DNA of 64,000 nucleotides from an uncultured Verrucomicrobiae bacterium (GTDB lineage: Bacteria > Verrucomicrobiota > Verrucomicrobiia > Limisphaerales > Palsa-1400): positions 320,001 to 384,000 of the forward strand of contig CAVPOM010000018.1 in NCBI GenBank assembly GCA_963707025.1. Direction: 5' to 3'. This document shows positions 8,038-18,066 of this stretch, in pieces. The number at the start of each line of letters is the position of its first letter. Within the stretch, counting starts at the first letter, position 1. Position numbers and translations under genes: made by a program. The notes under the pieces were generated by a model, which saw only the letters and a program-made list of their open reading frames with translations, was not told the origin of the DNA and searched no databases.

Positions 8038-9361
8038 TGAGCACCCCCAGTTTAGGCGCGTTTGCGCCGGAGACAACAGAGCCCGTGAGCGGTTGGGCGC
8101 GGGCGGCCTCAGCGGGGGGTTCTGCCGGGGTGCGCCTGTCCCCGGGGGCAGCAACATCCGGATTTCCGCCGCGCCCGCCAAATCCCGGCACGGCCGGAGT
8201 TTTGAGCACGGCGGCGCCCGGGGACGGGCGCGCGCCACACTGCCCGGCTGTGCTCCAGTGGAGCATGCGGTCGGCGATTTGGGCGGCGGCTTGGGGTGAA
8301 TGCCAGGCGCGCAAGGCCTGCCGCATCGCGGTGCGCTGGGCCGCGTTGCCCAGCAAGTCCAGTATTTCCTGCGTCAACAACCCCGGCGCAAGCGCGTCCT
8401 GCTCCAGGGCGCGGGCCGCGCCGCTGCGGGCGAAGGCCAGGGCATTGTGAAATTGATGATTGTCCACCGCCGCGGGATAGGGAATCAACAGCGCCGGGAG
8501 CTGGCAGGCCGCCAATTCGGCCAGGCAGGACGCCCCGGCGCGGCTGACGGCGACATCCGCCGCCGCCAGCGCCAGCGCCATTTCACCCAGAAACGCCCGC
8601 ACCACTGCCGGGCACTGGCGCGCCGCGTAGGCGGCCCGCACCTTTTCCAGATCGTCCGGCCCGGTTAAATGCACAAATTGCAACCGCGGCATGGCCTCCA
8701 GCAATTGGGGCAAAATGCCGGCGATCAATTCATTGATCCGGCGCGCCCCCTGGCTTCCGCCCATGACCAGCAGGACCGGCGCGTCCGCTTTCAACCCCAG
8801 GGCCGCTCGCGCCGCCGCCGCCGGACCCAACTGCAAAAATTCCTCGCGCACCGGCATGCCGGTGACTTCGATCCGGCGCGCGCGCAACCCTTCCCGGGCC
8901 GCGGCAAAATAAATAAACGCCCCGTCCACCATCCGCGCCAGCCAGCGGTTGGCGCGTCCGGGCACGCTGTTGGCTTCGTGCAAAAAGGTGCGCGCGCCCA
9001 GCCCTTTGCCGGCCAGGATGGGCGGCGCGGCGGTGAACCCGCCCATGGCCAGCACCAATTGGGGCGGGCGCTTTTTAAAACACAGGCTTGACAACCTGCG
9101 GGATTGCCAGAAGCGCCAGAAAAACCCCGCCGCGTTGCCCCGCGCCAGCCCCACCGCCGGCAGCCGCACCACTTCCATCTCCCCGGCCGCGGCCGCGGCC
9201 TGGCGGTCAATTTCCTTGCGCGATACCAGCAGGGTGACGGCGCAGCCGCGCCGCTGCAATTCCCGGCCCACCGCCAGCCCCGGAAACAAATGGCCGCCGG
9301 TGCCGCCACAGGCGATGGCGGCCACCTTGGGAAAGCTGGATGTGGCGGCGCAGTTATTCAT
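8030..9361 (-). CDS. murG: MurG N-acetylglucosaminyltransferase with a low-complexity C-terminal extension
   Basis: GGTGGHLFPG, HEANSVPGRAN, GGSQGA, SRAGAS, HQFHNA. Confidence 0.95.
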   Translation of the reverse strand: MNNCAATSSFPKVAAIACGGTGGHLFPGLAVGRELQRRGCAVTLLVSRKEIDRQAAAAAGEMEVVRLPAVGLARGNAAGFFWRFWQSRRLSSLCFKKRPPQLVLAMGGFTAAPPILAGKGLGARTFLHEANSVPGRANRWLARMVDGAFIYFAAAREGLRARRIEVTGMPVREEFLQLGPAAAARAALGLKADAPVLLVMGGSQGARRINELIAGILPQLLEAMPRLQFVHLTGPDDLEKVRAAYAARQCPAVVRAFLGEMALALAAADVAVSRAGASCLAELAACQLPALLIPYPAAVDNHQFHNALAFARSGAARALEQDALAPGLLTQEILDLLGNAAQRTAMRQALRAWHSPQAAAQIADRMLHWSTAGQCGARPSPGAAVLKTPAVPGFGGRGGNPDVAAPGDRRTPAEPPAEAARAQPLTGSVVSGANAPKLGVLNV

Positions 9362-10535
9362 CGCTCAACTTGGGGGACGCATCGAAGGGATTGGATTTTA
9401 CCGCCGCCGGCGCGGTGGCCGACCTGGAAATGCTCAACAAAAGACCCATGCTCACCAGCATCAACAATAAATTCGATCCCCCGTAGCTGATAAAAGGCAG
9501 GGGCATGCCTTTGTTGGGCAGCAGGCTGGTGGCCACACCCATGTTGATGAACGCCTGGAGGCTGACCATGAAGGTGATCCCGGTGGCCAGCAGCCGGCCA
9601 AAGGTGTCGGCCGCCCGGCGCGCGATGTAAATGCCGCAAAACATCAGCGCCACAAAAATCAACACCACCCCCAGCGTCGCCACCAGGCCCAGTTCCTCGC
9701 CGATGATCGCAAAAATAAAATCCGTGTGGTGCTCCGGAATGAAACCCAGTTTCTGCCGGCTGTCGCCCAGGCCCAGGCCCGTCCACCCGCCCGCTCCGAA
9801 GGCGATCATGGCCTGATAAGCCTGGTAGCCCGTCAGGTCCTTGCTCAACTCGGGATGAAGCCAGGCCAGGATCCGCTTCAGACGCATCGGATCATGCAGC
9901 AATGACAACGCCAGCCCGCCCGCCGCCAGTAGGACCGGCGGCGCCAGATAGACTAGCCGAACCCCGGCCACAATGAGCATCGCCCCGGCCACCGCCGCCA
10001 GCAGAATGGTGCAGCCTCGATCCGGTTCCTTGAAAACCAGCGCCAGCGGAACAACGAGGATTGCGATGGGAATGGCCAGACCGAATTTCAAAGTGCCCAT
10101 TTGCCGCTGGTAACGGTCCGCATACGCCGCCAGGAACAAGATCATGGCCAGTTTGGCCAGTTCGGAAGGCTGGAAGTGTGGAAGCTGGGGATGGTAGGGA
10201 ACACCAATCCAACGATGCGCCCCCGACCTGCCGCCGGCACTGCTCCCCGCCTTGGCCGCCCAGCCAATGTGCGGCACAAAAACCAAAATGAGAAGGAGAA
10301 CCGCCAAGAGCAGAATCCAAGGCGCCATTCTTTTCAACCGCCGGTAATCCACCGCCGCCGCCGCCGCGCACCCCGCCAGCCCAAGGGCGCCCCAAACCAT
10401 CTGCGACCGCAGGAAATCAGAGCCGACCGCCGACCGGTTCAACTCTATATTCATGCTCGAACTGTAGAGCGTGATCATTCCCAGCCCCAGCAACACGGCC
10501 ACACAAAAAACCAGGATGCTCGTGGCTCTGTTCAT
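9354..10535 (-). CDS. ftsW: SEDS peptidoglycan polymerase FtsW
   Basis: GAHRWI, FQPSELAK, PEHHTDFIFAIIGEELG, LPFISYGGS. Confidence 0.95.
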   Translation of the reverse strand: MNRATSILVFCVAVLLGLGMITLYSSSMNIELNRSAVGSDFLRSQMVWGALGLAGCAAAAAVDYRRLKRMAPWILLLAVLLLILVFVPHIGWAAKAGSSAGGRSGAHRWIGVPYHPQLPHFQPSELAKLAMILFLAAYADRYQRQMGTLKFGLAIPIAILVVPLALVFKEPDRGCTILLAAVAGAMLIVAGVRLVYLAPPVLLAAGGLALSLLHDPMRLKRILAWLHPELSKDLTGYQAYQAMIAFGAGGWTGLGLGDSRQKLGFIPEHHTDFIFAIIGEELGLVATLGVVLIFVALMFCGIYIARRAADTFGRLLATGITFMVSLQAFINMGVATSLLPNKGMPLPFISYGGSNLLLMLVSMGLLLSISRSATAPAAVKSNPFDASPKLSDE

Positions 10536-10629
10536 AACAGCATTGTCCGCCTCACGAAAATCCAAAATGCAAGGCGGACGTTCCGACTGAGGCCGTCGGA
10601 CGTCCCGCTCAAACCGGTGGGGCGATCCA

Positions 10630-11466
10630 CTAATTCGCCCGGATCATGGGCGCCGGCGCGGCACCGCCGGATACGGGAGCCGGGACCGCCGCCGTTGGGG
10701 CCGCGGCGGGAGCCGCGTCCGCCGAAGCCATTTTCATCACCGGTACTTTCAGTTTTTGACCGGCTTTGATGGCCGAGGTCTTCATGTCGTTGAGCGCCAG
10801 GATGGCTTTGACCGAGGTGTTGTGCGTCTTGGCGATTCTCACCAACACGTCGCCGGATTTGACGACGTAGAGGGTCGCATCGCCGGAAGCGGTCGCGGCA
10901 GCATCGCCGCCGGCCTTGACCGCATCGGTGGCGGCAACCGGGCTGGCCGGGATTTGCAACTTCTGTTTAACTTGCAGCTTCTTCGGATCAACGCCCGGAT
11001 TGGCCTCTTCCAGAGCCTTGAGCGTAACCCCGTTCTTTCTGGCAATGGTGCTGAGCAAGTCACCGGCGGCAACCACATAGACACTGCCTCCCGTGGCCGG
11101 CGCAACCGCTGGTGTATTCAACGGCGGCGTCACGGTCGTGGCCGGCGTTGTCGCCAAGGCGGGCAAAGTGCCGCTGGCGCCGGCGCCCGGCAATGTCGCG
11201 GCGCCCGGCGTCGTGCCAGATGGGGAGGTCATAGGAGCCGGGGTGGAAAGGTCGGTGCCCGGTGCGGTCGTGGGGTTGGCCGGGCCGCCGGCCACATCAT
11301 CCGTTTTGGGTTTCTCCGTGGTGGCCGTGTTTTTGCATCCCACCATCAAGATGCCGCCGAGCACGACGATATGCACGACAAAGATCATCAGGATTTTGAA
11401 ATAGAGGTTGGATCTGGCCGACGGGGGCAAAGTTCCCTGCGGCAGGAGTGGATTGGGAGTATTCAT
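10630..11466 (-). CDS. Membrane-anchored protein with two LysM domains
   Basis: N-terminal TM ending VGC, Pro/Thr/Ala linker, YVVAAGDLLSTIARK and YVVKSGDVLVRIAK LysM repeats. Confidence 0.9.
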   Translation of the reverse strand: MNTPNPLLPQGTLPPSARSNLYFKILMIFVVHIVVLGGILMVGCKNTATTEKPKTDDVAGGPANPTTAPGTDLSTPAPMTSPSGTTPGAATLPGAGASGTLPALATTPATTVTPPLNTPAVAPATGGSVYVVAAGDLLSTIARKNGVTLKALEEANPGVDPKKLQVKQKLQIPASPVAATDAVKAGGDAAATASGDATLYVVKSGDVLVRIAKTHNTSVKAILALNDMKTSAIKAGQKLKVPVMKMASADAAPAAAPTAAVPAPVSGGAAPAPMIRAN

Positions 11467-11878
11467 AGATTTGCGCGCTGCTTTCGTTTTTTTTGAGGTT
11501 TATTTATTTGTTAATTTGCGCCGGGGTTTTTCCTCAAAAAACCCCGGAGCAAAGCATAAATTCATCACTTTTTATTCCAAAAATCTCTAACACATCACTT
11601 TCGCATTCCTTATGCCCGCTGCATCTTGTGGCCCCGGCGCGGCCCACCACCACCAATGGGGCGCCGCCGCCCCCGTTTTAACCCAGGCAACAAAACCCCC
11701 GGCAGTTGAGTTGATTGAATTTTTCAACGCGCCAACGAGCCGGACACGGCCAACACAAGTTCTTTTGAAACGAAAAAATCTCCGTTTCCTGGTTCATTTT
11801 TAGCAACCCTGGCCGCGGCTGGCAAGCAGGAAAAAGCGAATTTTTTTCAGGCCTCATGGTGCTCGCGATCTTCATGGG

Positions 11879-13033
11879 TTACCGGATCTTGAGGGTGGAG
11901 AGGGCCACGACGGCGCAGAGCACGCCCAGGATGTAAAAACGGGTGACAATCTGGGATTCATGCCAGCCTTTTTTCTCGAAATGATGATGGAGCGGCGCCA
12001 TGAGAAAGACCCGCCGCCCCTGGCCATAACGGAGTTTGGTGTACTTGAACCAGCTCCGCTGCACGATGACCGAGCCGGCTTCGGCCACAAAAACCCCGCC
12101 GGCAATGGCCAGAACCAGGGGCTGATGGATCAGCACCGCGATCATGCCCAGCCCGCCCCCCAGCGCCAGCGAACCGGTGTCCCCCATAAAAAGGCAGGCG
12201 GGGTGGCAATTGAACCAGAGGAAACCCAGCCCCGCCCCCAGCATGGCCGCGCAAAAAACCGTCAACTCGCCCGCCCCGGGCACATGCGGGATTTGCAGGT
12301 AGGCCGCGGTCCGGGCGTTGCCCGCCAGATAAGTCAAGACCAAAAAAACGAAGGAAACGATGACGGTGCAGCCGATGGCCAGGCCGTCCAGGCCGTCGGT
12401 CAGATTGACCGCGTTGGAGGCGCCCACAATGGTGCAGCCGGTCAGCACAATCCCCAGCGCCGCGCCGGCCCCGCCCGTCAGCACGGGGTATTTGTAGAAC
12501 GGCACCATCACCTGGCTGATGAGGGTGGTGGTGGCCGGCAGCTTCCACAAGTAGCCCGCCGCAAAGAGGGCCAGGGCGCCCTGCACCCAGAGCTTGATGA
12601 ATTCGCGCAGGCCGCCGCTGTTCTGCCGCGTGATCTTGGCGTAGTCGTCTATGAATCCCAGCCCGCAGAGGACGATGACGGAAAACAGGGCGAGCAGGAT
12701 CTGGGTGTTCCACTGCGCCCAGATCATGGCGGTGACGTCCAGCACCAGGACGATGAGCAGCCCGCCCATGGTGGGAGTGCCCTTCTTGCTGACAAACTGC
12801 GCCGGCAGCCCGCCGCCTTCATGGGCGCGGTCCTCATACTCCTGTCCGAACCTCAACTGCTTGAGCCAGAGAATAAAACGGGGATACAGCCACCAGCTCA
12901 GCAGCAGGGCCGTCACCGCCGCGCCCGCGCTGCGAAAGGTGATGTAGCGGAACAGGCGCAGGGGCGAGGCGAAAGGTTCCAGGAAGGTCCCGGCCGCCAG
13001 CTCCATCGTTTTTTGGCTCAGGTAATAAAACAT
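11879..13033 (-). CDS. mraY: Phospho-N-acetylmuramoyl-pentapeptide transferase MraY
   Basis: KKGTPTMGG, GFIDDYAK, NAVNLTDGLDGLA, FMGDTGS, MAPLHHHFE. The frame is open upstream to an ATG at 13201 overlapping the murF stop. Confidence 0.95.
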   Translation of the reverse strand: MFYYLSQKTMELAAGTFLEPFASPLRLFRYITFRSAGAAVTALLLSWWLYPRFILWLKQLRFGQEYEDRAHEGGGLPAQFVSKKGTPTMGGLLIVLVLDVTAMIWAQWNTQILLALFSVIVLCGLGFIDDYAKITRQNSGGLREFIKLWVQGALALFAAGYLWKLPATTTLISQVMVPFYKYPVLTGGAGAALGIVLTGCTIVGASNAVNLTDGLDGLAIGCTVIVSFVFLVLTYLAGNARTAAYLQIPHVPGAGELTVFCAAMLGAGLGFLWFNCHPACLFMGDTGSLALGGGLGMIAVLIHQPLVLAIAGGVFVAEAGSVIVQRSWFKYTKLRYGQGRRVFLMAPLHHHFEKKGWHESQIVTRFYILGVLCAVVALSTLKIR

Positions 13034-13197
13034 ATCAGTCGTGGCGCCGCGGTTCGGCGGACGCTCCCGCCCAGGCGCGGCGCGCCGCCGCCAGGCGGAA
13101 CAGGAATCTGGGATAGCCGGCCTGCGCCAGCCGGTCTCGCTGCGTCCCCGCAAACCCGGCCCGGCACAGCCAGGCGCGGACCGACCCGCTTTTTCTG

Positions 13198-14595
13198 TCA
13201 TTTTTCATTTTTGCTCCTTAAGTTGCACAAGGTTTCCGTGATCCGTTCCAGCCGCATGATGCGCGAGGCCTTGACCAGCACGGCGTCGCCCGGGCGGGCA
13301 AAGTCGTTCACCGCCTGCGCCGCGTCGTCCAAGTCCAAAAATTCCGCCACGCTGCGCAGGCCGCTGCCGCGGGCCGAGGCGGCCATTTCCGCGGCGCGCG
13401 TCCCGATGGCGAACAAATGATCCAGTCCCAGTTCGGCGGCGCGGCGGCCCACCTCGGCGTGGGCCGGGCCGGAGGATTGGCCCAATTCGGCCATGTCGCC
13501 CAGCACCGCCACCCGCCGGCCCTGGCAGGGAAGGGCCCGCAGCGTTTCCAGCGCAGCCAGCATGGAATCGGCGTTGGCGTTGTAGGCGTCGTCCAGCACC
13601 CGCACCCCGCCGGCCTGGCAGAGTTGCAGGCGCATTTTCGAGGGGGCGCAGGCGGCCAGGCCGCGCGCGATAGGCGCGCGCTCCAGCTCCAATTCGGCCC
13701 CCACGGCCAGGGCCAAAAGCGCGTTGGCCACCTGATGTCGGCCCAGAAGCTGGATCTGATACTGCCCGTCCAGCCGCGGCTGGCGGCAGCGCACCCAAAA
13801 AACCGAGCCGGTGTCGTCGCTGCGAATGTCCACCGCCCTGTAGTCGTTGCCCTCATTGCAGCCGGTGCGGATGACGCGGGCGCAAGAGCGCGGCACCATG
13901 GATTCAGACCAGCCGTCATCGCCGTTGATAAAAAGCGTGCCGGAGGCGGACAAACTTTCCGCCATCGTTCCCTCCTCGCGCGCCACCCCGGCCAGGTCTC
14001 CAAAAAACTCCAGATGCTCGCGGCCGATGTTGGTCACGACCCCGTGGGACGGGGCGATCATTTGCACCAGCGGGGCCAATTCGCCCGGGTGGTTGGAGCC
14101 GGCTTCCAGCACGGCGGCCTGGTGGCAGCGCTCCAGCCGCAACAATGTCAGGGGCACCCCGATTTCATTGTTGAAACTGGCTTCGCTCCAGAGCGCGGCT
14201 TTTTGCTGGCGCAGGACCGAGGCGATCAATTCCTTGGTCGTGGTTTTTCCATTCGATCCGCCGACGGCAATGACGGGCAGATCGAAGTCGCGGCGGTAAC
14301 GGGCCGCCAGTTCACCGAGGGCGCGCCGCGTGTTCTCCACCGCGATGACCGCGCACGGGCAGAAATCGGCGGGCAATTTGTCCCGCTCCGCCACGATGGC
14401 GCCCACCCCGCGCCGCGCCACCTCGGCCAGGAGGCGGTGGGCGTCGAACCGCGCGCCCGCCAGGGCGAAGAACAGATCCTCCGGCTCCGCCAGGCGCGAA
14501 TCGGTGCAGAGGCGCGCCACCATTTTGCCGGGGGAACCGTGGCGCAGTTCACCCGAGACGGCCTGGGCGATATACTGGAGCGGGCGCGGTTCCAT
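13198..14595 (-). CDS. murF: UDP-MurNAc-tripeptide--D-Ala-D-Ala ligase MurF
   Basis: GSNGKTTTKE, NNEIGVPLT, DAYNAN, LGDMAELG, LVKASR. Confidence 0.95.
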   Translation of the reverse strand: MEPRPLQYIAQAVSGELRHGSPGKMVARLCTDSRLAEPEDLFFALAGARFDAHRLLAEVARRGVGAIVAERDKLPADFCPCAVIAVENTRRALGELAARYRRDFDLPVIAVGGSNGKTTTKELIASVLRQQKAALWSEASFNNEIGVPLTLLRLERCHQAAVLEAGSNHPGELAPLVQMIAPSHGVVTNIGREHLEFFGDLAGVAREEGTMAESLSASGTLFINGDDGWSESMVPRSCARVIRTGCNEGNDYRAVDIRSDDTGSVFWVRCRQPRLDGQYQIQLLGRHQVANALLALAVGAELELERAPIARGLAACAPSKMRLQLCQAGGVRVLDDAYNANADSMLAALETLRALPCQGRRVAVLGDMAELGQSSGPAHAEVGRRAAELGLDHLFAIGTRAAEMAASARGSGLRSVAEFLDLDDAAQAVNDFARPGDAVLVKASRIMRLERITETLCNLRSKNEK

Positions 14596-14652
14596 CGGCT
14601 AGGGCAATGAGAAAGGTGGCGGCATGGGGCCTGGATTTTTAGGTTTGACTCA

Positions 14653-16551
14653 CTAATTGCTTTTCACGGGACGGGGCCCGGCCGGAGAAGCGGCGGCGGC
14701 CAGCGCCGGGCTGGCGGGGGCGGCGGGGTCAAGGTCGGGTTTGAGGTTCAAATAATTGGCGGCGCGCTCGGCGATGGCCTTGAAAATCGGGCCCGCCGCC
14801 CCGCCGCCGAAATGGTCGCCCTTGGGCGGTTCATCAATGAACACGGCAATGCACAGCTCCGGGTTGTCCGCCGGGAAAAAGCCGAGGAAGGAACTGAAAT
14901 ACTTGTCGCTCACGTAGTGCCCGTTCTCCACTTTTTCCGCCGTGCCGGTCTTGCCGGCCACCGTGTAGCGCTCCAGGCGGGCCTTGGGCGCGGTGCCCTC
15001 CTTGCCCACCACCGTTTTCAGGGCGGTGACGAGCTGATTCATGGCCTCGGGGCGCGCGACCTGCCGCACCGGCTGCGGGTTATATTTGACAACTACCCGG
15101 CCGTCCGCGTCCACCAGCCGGTCCACGATCATGGGGCGCAGCAACAGGCCCTGGTTGGCGATGGCGCTCATGGCCATGACCATCTGCAACGGGGTCACGG
15201 CGATGCCCTGCCCCATGGGAATCCGGGCCAGGGAGATTTTGGTCCAGCTTTTGACCGGGGGCACGCTGCCATAAACTTCGCCCGGCAGAAAAATGCCGGT
15301 GCGGGAGCCGAAACCAAAGTCGCGCATGTATTGGTAAAGGGCGGCTTCGCCCAGGCGCAGCCCGATCTTGGCGGCGCCAATGTTGGAGGATTTGGTGATG
15401 ATGCTTTGCACCGACAGATCGCCATACGATTCATGATCATGCAGCGTCGCCCCCGCGTAGGCGAAATGCCCGTGCTCGCAATTGAAGATGTCGGTCAGGC
15501 TGACCAGGCGCTCGTCCAGCGCGCCGCTGACCACCACGATTTTAAAGGTGGAACCCGGCTCGTGGTAGTCGGCGATCACCCGGTTGCGCAGCGCCTCCGG
15601 CGGATACGCGCCGGGGTGGTTGGGATCGAAGGTGGGGCAATTGGCCAAAGCCAGAATCTCTCCGGTGCGCGGGCGGATCATGACCGAGGAGATGCTGATG
15701 GGGCAAAGCTGGCGCATGGCGGCGGCCAGCTCCGACTCCACGATGTCCTGCAAGCCGGCGTCCAGGGTCAAAACCACATTGAGTCCGTCGCGCGGCTCGA
15801 TGTCCTCGTCCCGGTAAGCCACCAATTCGCGCTGGCGCTTGTCCAGTTCGGTGTGCCGCCAGCCGGGGATGCCGCTGAGCTTGGAATTGAATTCCAGCTC
15901 GATGCCGTTCATGCCGGTTTGTTCTTCGCCTTCCCCGCTGATATAACCGACCACATGGGCCGCGAGGGTCTGGCCCGGATATACGCGCTTTTGCTCATCG
16001 CTGGCAAAAACCGCCTTGGCGCGCAGCGAGCGGCAGAATAATTGCTCCTCGCTCTTGAGCCTGGATTCGTCCACGCCCAGGGAAAGGGTGGCCATGGCGC
16101 GCCTGACTTTTTCCCAGGTTTCCAGGGAGGCCTGGTGTTGGAGAACCACGTAATGGGAGAGGTTGGTTTTGCCGCCCGCCACGACCAGGCGCGGGGCCAG
16201 GCGATCCAGCAGATAATCCTCGTTGGTTTGCAACAACGGGGCCAAAGCATGGGCCACCGCCGCCCGGCAGTTGACCGCCAGGGACGGCTGGGGGCAGATC
16301 AGCAGGGCCGGATCGGCGCAGATCAGCTTGGCCGGGATGCTGGTGGCCAGCGGATTGCCGCGGATATCCAGAATCTGGCCGCGCATCGGCTCGCGGGCGA
16401 TGGTGCGCACGGTGTTGTTGGCGGCCAGGCCCAGCAATTCTTCGTGCCGGACGACCTGCAGATTGACCAACTGCCCCGCCAGCAAGGCGAAGGCGGCCAA
16501 CAACCCGAAGGCCAGCCCCATCATTTTCCGATACTGCCAGACCACGCTCAT
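14653..16551 (-). CDS. ftsI: Class B penicillin-binding protein FtsI
   Basis: RGQILD, EPGSTFK (SxxK), SSN, GKTGTA. Confidence 0.93.
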   Translation of the reverse strand: MSVVWQYRKMMGLAFGLLAAFALLAGQLVNLQVVRHEELLGLAANNTVRTIAREPMRGQILDIRGNPLATSIPAKLICADPALLICPQPSLAVNCRAAVAHALAPLLQTNEDYLLDRLAPRLVVAGGKTNLSHYVVLQHQASLETWEKVRRAMATLSLGVDESRLKSEEQLFCRSLRAKAVFASDEQKRVYPGQTLAAHVVGYISGEGEEQTGMNGIELEFNSKLSGIPGWRHTELDKRQRELVAYRDEDIEPRDGLNVVLTLDAGLQDIVESELAAAMRQLCPISISSVMIRPRTGEILALANCPTFDPNHPGAYPPEALRNRVIADYHEPGSTFKIVVVSGALDERLVSLTDIFNCEHGHFAYAGATLHDHESYGDLSVQSIITKSSNIGAAKIGLRLGEAALYQYMRDFGFGSRTGIFLPGEVYGSVPPVKSWTKISLARIPMGQGIAVTPLQMVMAMSAIANQGLLLRPMIVDRLVDADGRVVVKYNPQPVRQVARPEAMNQLVTALKTVVGKEGTAPKARLERYTVAGKTGTAEKVENGHYVSDKYFSSFLGFFPADNPELCIAVFIDEPPKGDHFGGGAAGPIFKAIAERAANYLNLKPDLDPAAPASPALAAAASPAGPRPVKSN

Positions 16552-16621
16552 TTTATTAAGATCAGCCGGCCGCCCGCGCTGTCCGGCTCCTCCAACCGAA
16601 CATGCGCGAGCGGCGGCCAAA

Positions 16622-16999
16622 TCATTTCTTGCTTTCTCCTGCCATGCCTTGCGCCCGGCGCGGCTCCGCCGGCGCCACCGGGGCATCCGCCGCCGCTTCC
16701 GTCAGGCGGATGACTTGCGCCTGGGCCGGTGGACCCAGGCCCAGATTCATGCTTCGGACCTGTTTGTCCAGGGCCTCGGGCAGGCACAAGATGGCCAGTT
16801 GATCCCGCCGGGCGCGGTTCTCGCGCTCCAGTTCGGCCAGCGCGATTTCCTTCCTCTTGACTTGATCGCCCAGCACGTCAATCTGGTCCTTGAACCACAC
16901 GTAACCGATGCCCGGCGGCACCAGCAGCGCCAGCAGCACCAGCGCCGTCACCACCGGGCCGGGCCGGAAACCGGATTCATTCTTTTTATTGCGGGCCAT
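16622..16999 (-). CDS. ftsL: FtsL-like cell division protein
   Basis: Short basic N-terminus, one TM helix, coiled coil; lies between rsmH and ftsI. Confidence 0.7.
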   Translation of the reverse strand: MARNKKNESGFRPGPVVTALVLLALLVPPGIGYVWFKDQIDVLGDQVKRKEIALAELERENRARRDQLAILCLPEALDKQVRSMNLGLGPPAQAQVIRLTEAAADAPVAPAEPRRAQGMAGESKK

Positions 17000-17011
17000 G
17001 GCGTTCGGGAA

Positions 17012-17081
17012 TGGAGTGTTGGAGGGTTGGAGTATTGGAGCGTTGGAGGGTTGCATCACTCCATTACTCCATCACTCCATC
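17012..17081. repeat. TGGAGNNT x5 array followed by complementary ACTCCA units (hairpin-forming)
   Basis: tggagtgt-tggagggt-tggagtat-tggagcgt-tggagggt ... cactccattactccatcactccatc. Confidence 0.7.
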
Positions 17082-17139
17082 AGTCCGTTTGTTTTTGCTT
17101 GTTCGTCTTCATCGGTCTTCCGGCGGTCCGGGACCGCCG

Positions 17140-18066
17140 CTACAATTTTTCCATCACCCGGCATTGCGCGCTGCGGCTGCGCGGGTTCTCGCCCAATTCC
17201 GCCGCGCCGGGCCGAATCGCCTTGCGCTGCACCCACCGCAAAATCGCCGGGCGGGGCCGCCGCAACTCCGGCACATCCGGTTCGCCGGCTTCGTAACCCC
17301 GCGCCAGCCGGCCGCCAAATTTCTTCACCACGCGGTCCTCCAATCCGTGGAACGAAATTACGGCCAGCCGGCCGCCCGGTTTTAAAATCTTCACCGCCGC
17401 TTCCAGTCCCCGTTGCAGATGCCCGCTCTCGTCGTTCACCACCGTGCGCAGGGCCAGAAAGACCTTCGTGGCGGGATGGCCTTTTCTGCCGCCGCGGGGC
17501 GAAACTCTCTCAATCAATTCCGCCAATTGCCCCGTCCGCTGCAAAGGCCCCGTCTCCCGCTCCCGCGCGATGGCCCGCGCAATCCGCCGCGCCTTCGCCT
17601 CGCCCCCGTATTCCCAAAAAATCTCCGCCAGCTCTTCGGCCCCGGTCTGATTGACCAGCGCCGCCGCCGTCAGTTCCTGTGCCGGGTCCATTCTCATGTC
17701 CAGGGGGCCGTCGCTCTGAAAGCTGAAGCCCCGCTCCGGCCGATCCACCTGGACCGAGCTAAGCCCCAGGTCCAAAATCACCCCCTCGCAGCTCCCGGCC
17801 TCGATCCACTGGTCCAGGTCGGCGAAACTGCCGTGCCGGATTTCAAACCGTCCCGCGAACTCCGCCAGCCGCGCTCTGGCCGCTTGCACCGCCGCTCCAT
17901 CCCGGTCGCATCCAAACAGTTTTCCAGTCGGCCCGCTGGCCCGCAGCAGCGCCGCCGCGTGCCCGCCGCCGCCGACGGTCCCGTCCGCGTAGCAGCCCCC
18001 CGGCCTGGGCCGGAGCGCCGCCAGGACCTCCGTTGTCAAGACTGATTTGTGAAAATACTCGGGCAC
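17140..18066 (-). CDS. rsmH: 16S rRNA m4C1402 methyltransferase RsmH
   Basis: DGTVGGGGH, DLGLSS, RGFSF..DGPLDMRMD, ISFHGLEDR, NPRSRSA. Confidence 0.96.
   Translation of the reverse strand: MPEYFHKSVLTTEVLAALRPRPGGCYADGTVGGGGHAAALLRASGPTGKLFGCDRDGAAVQAARARLAEFAGRFEIRHGSFADLDQWIEAGSCEGVILDLGLSSVQVDRPERGFSFQSDGPLDMRMDPAQELTAAALVNQTGAEELAEIFWEYGGEAKARRIARAIARERETGPLQRTGQLAELIERVSPRGGRKGHPATKVFLALRTVVNDESGHLQRGLEAAVKILKPGGRLAVISFHGLEDRVVKKFGGRLARGYEAGEPDVPELRRPRPAILRWVQRKAIRPGAAELGENPRSRSAQCRVMEKL

Noticed and set aside
13034..13201. 56-aa N-terminal extension of MraY
   Set aside because: Low-complexity GC-rich sequence; MFYYLS matches the usual MraY start, although the ATGA overlap with murF leaves it possible.
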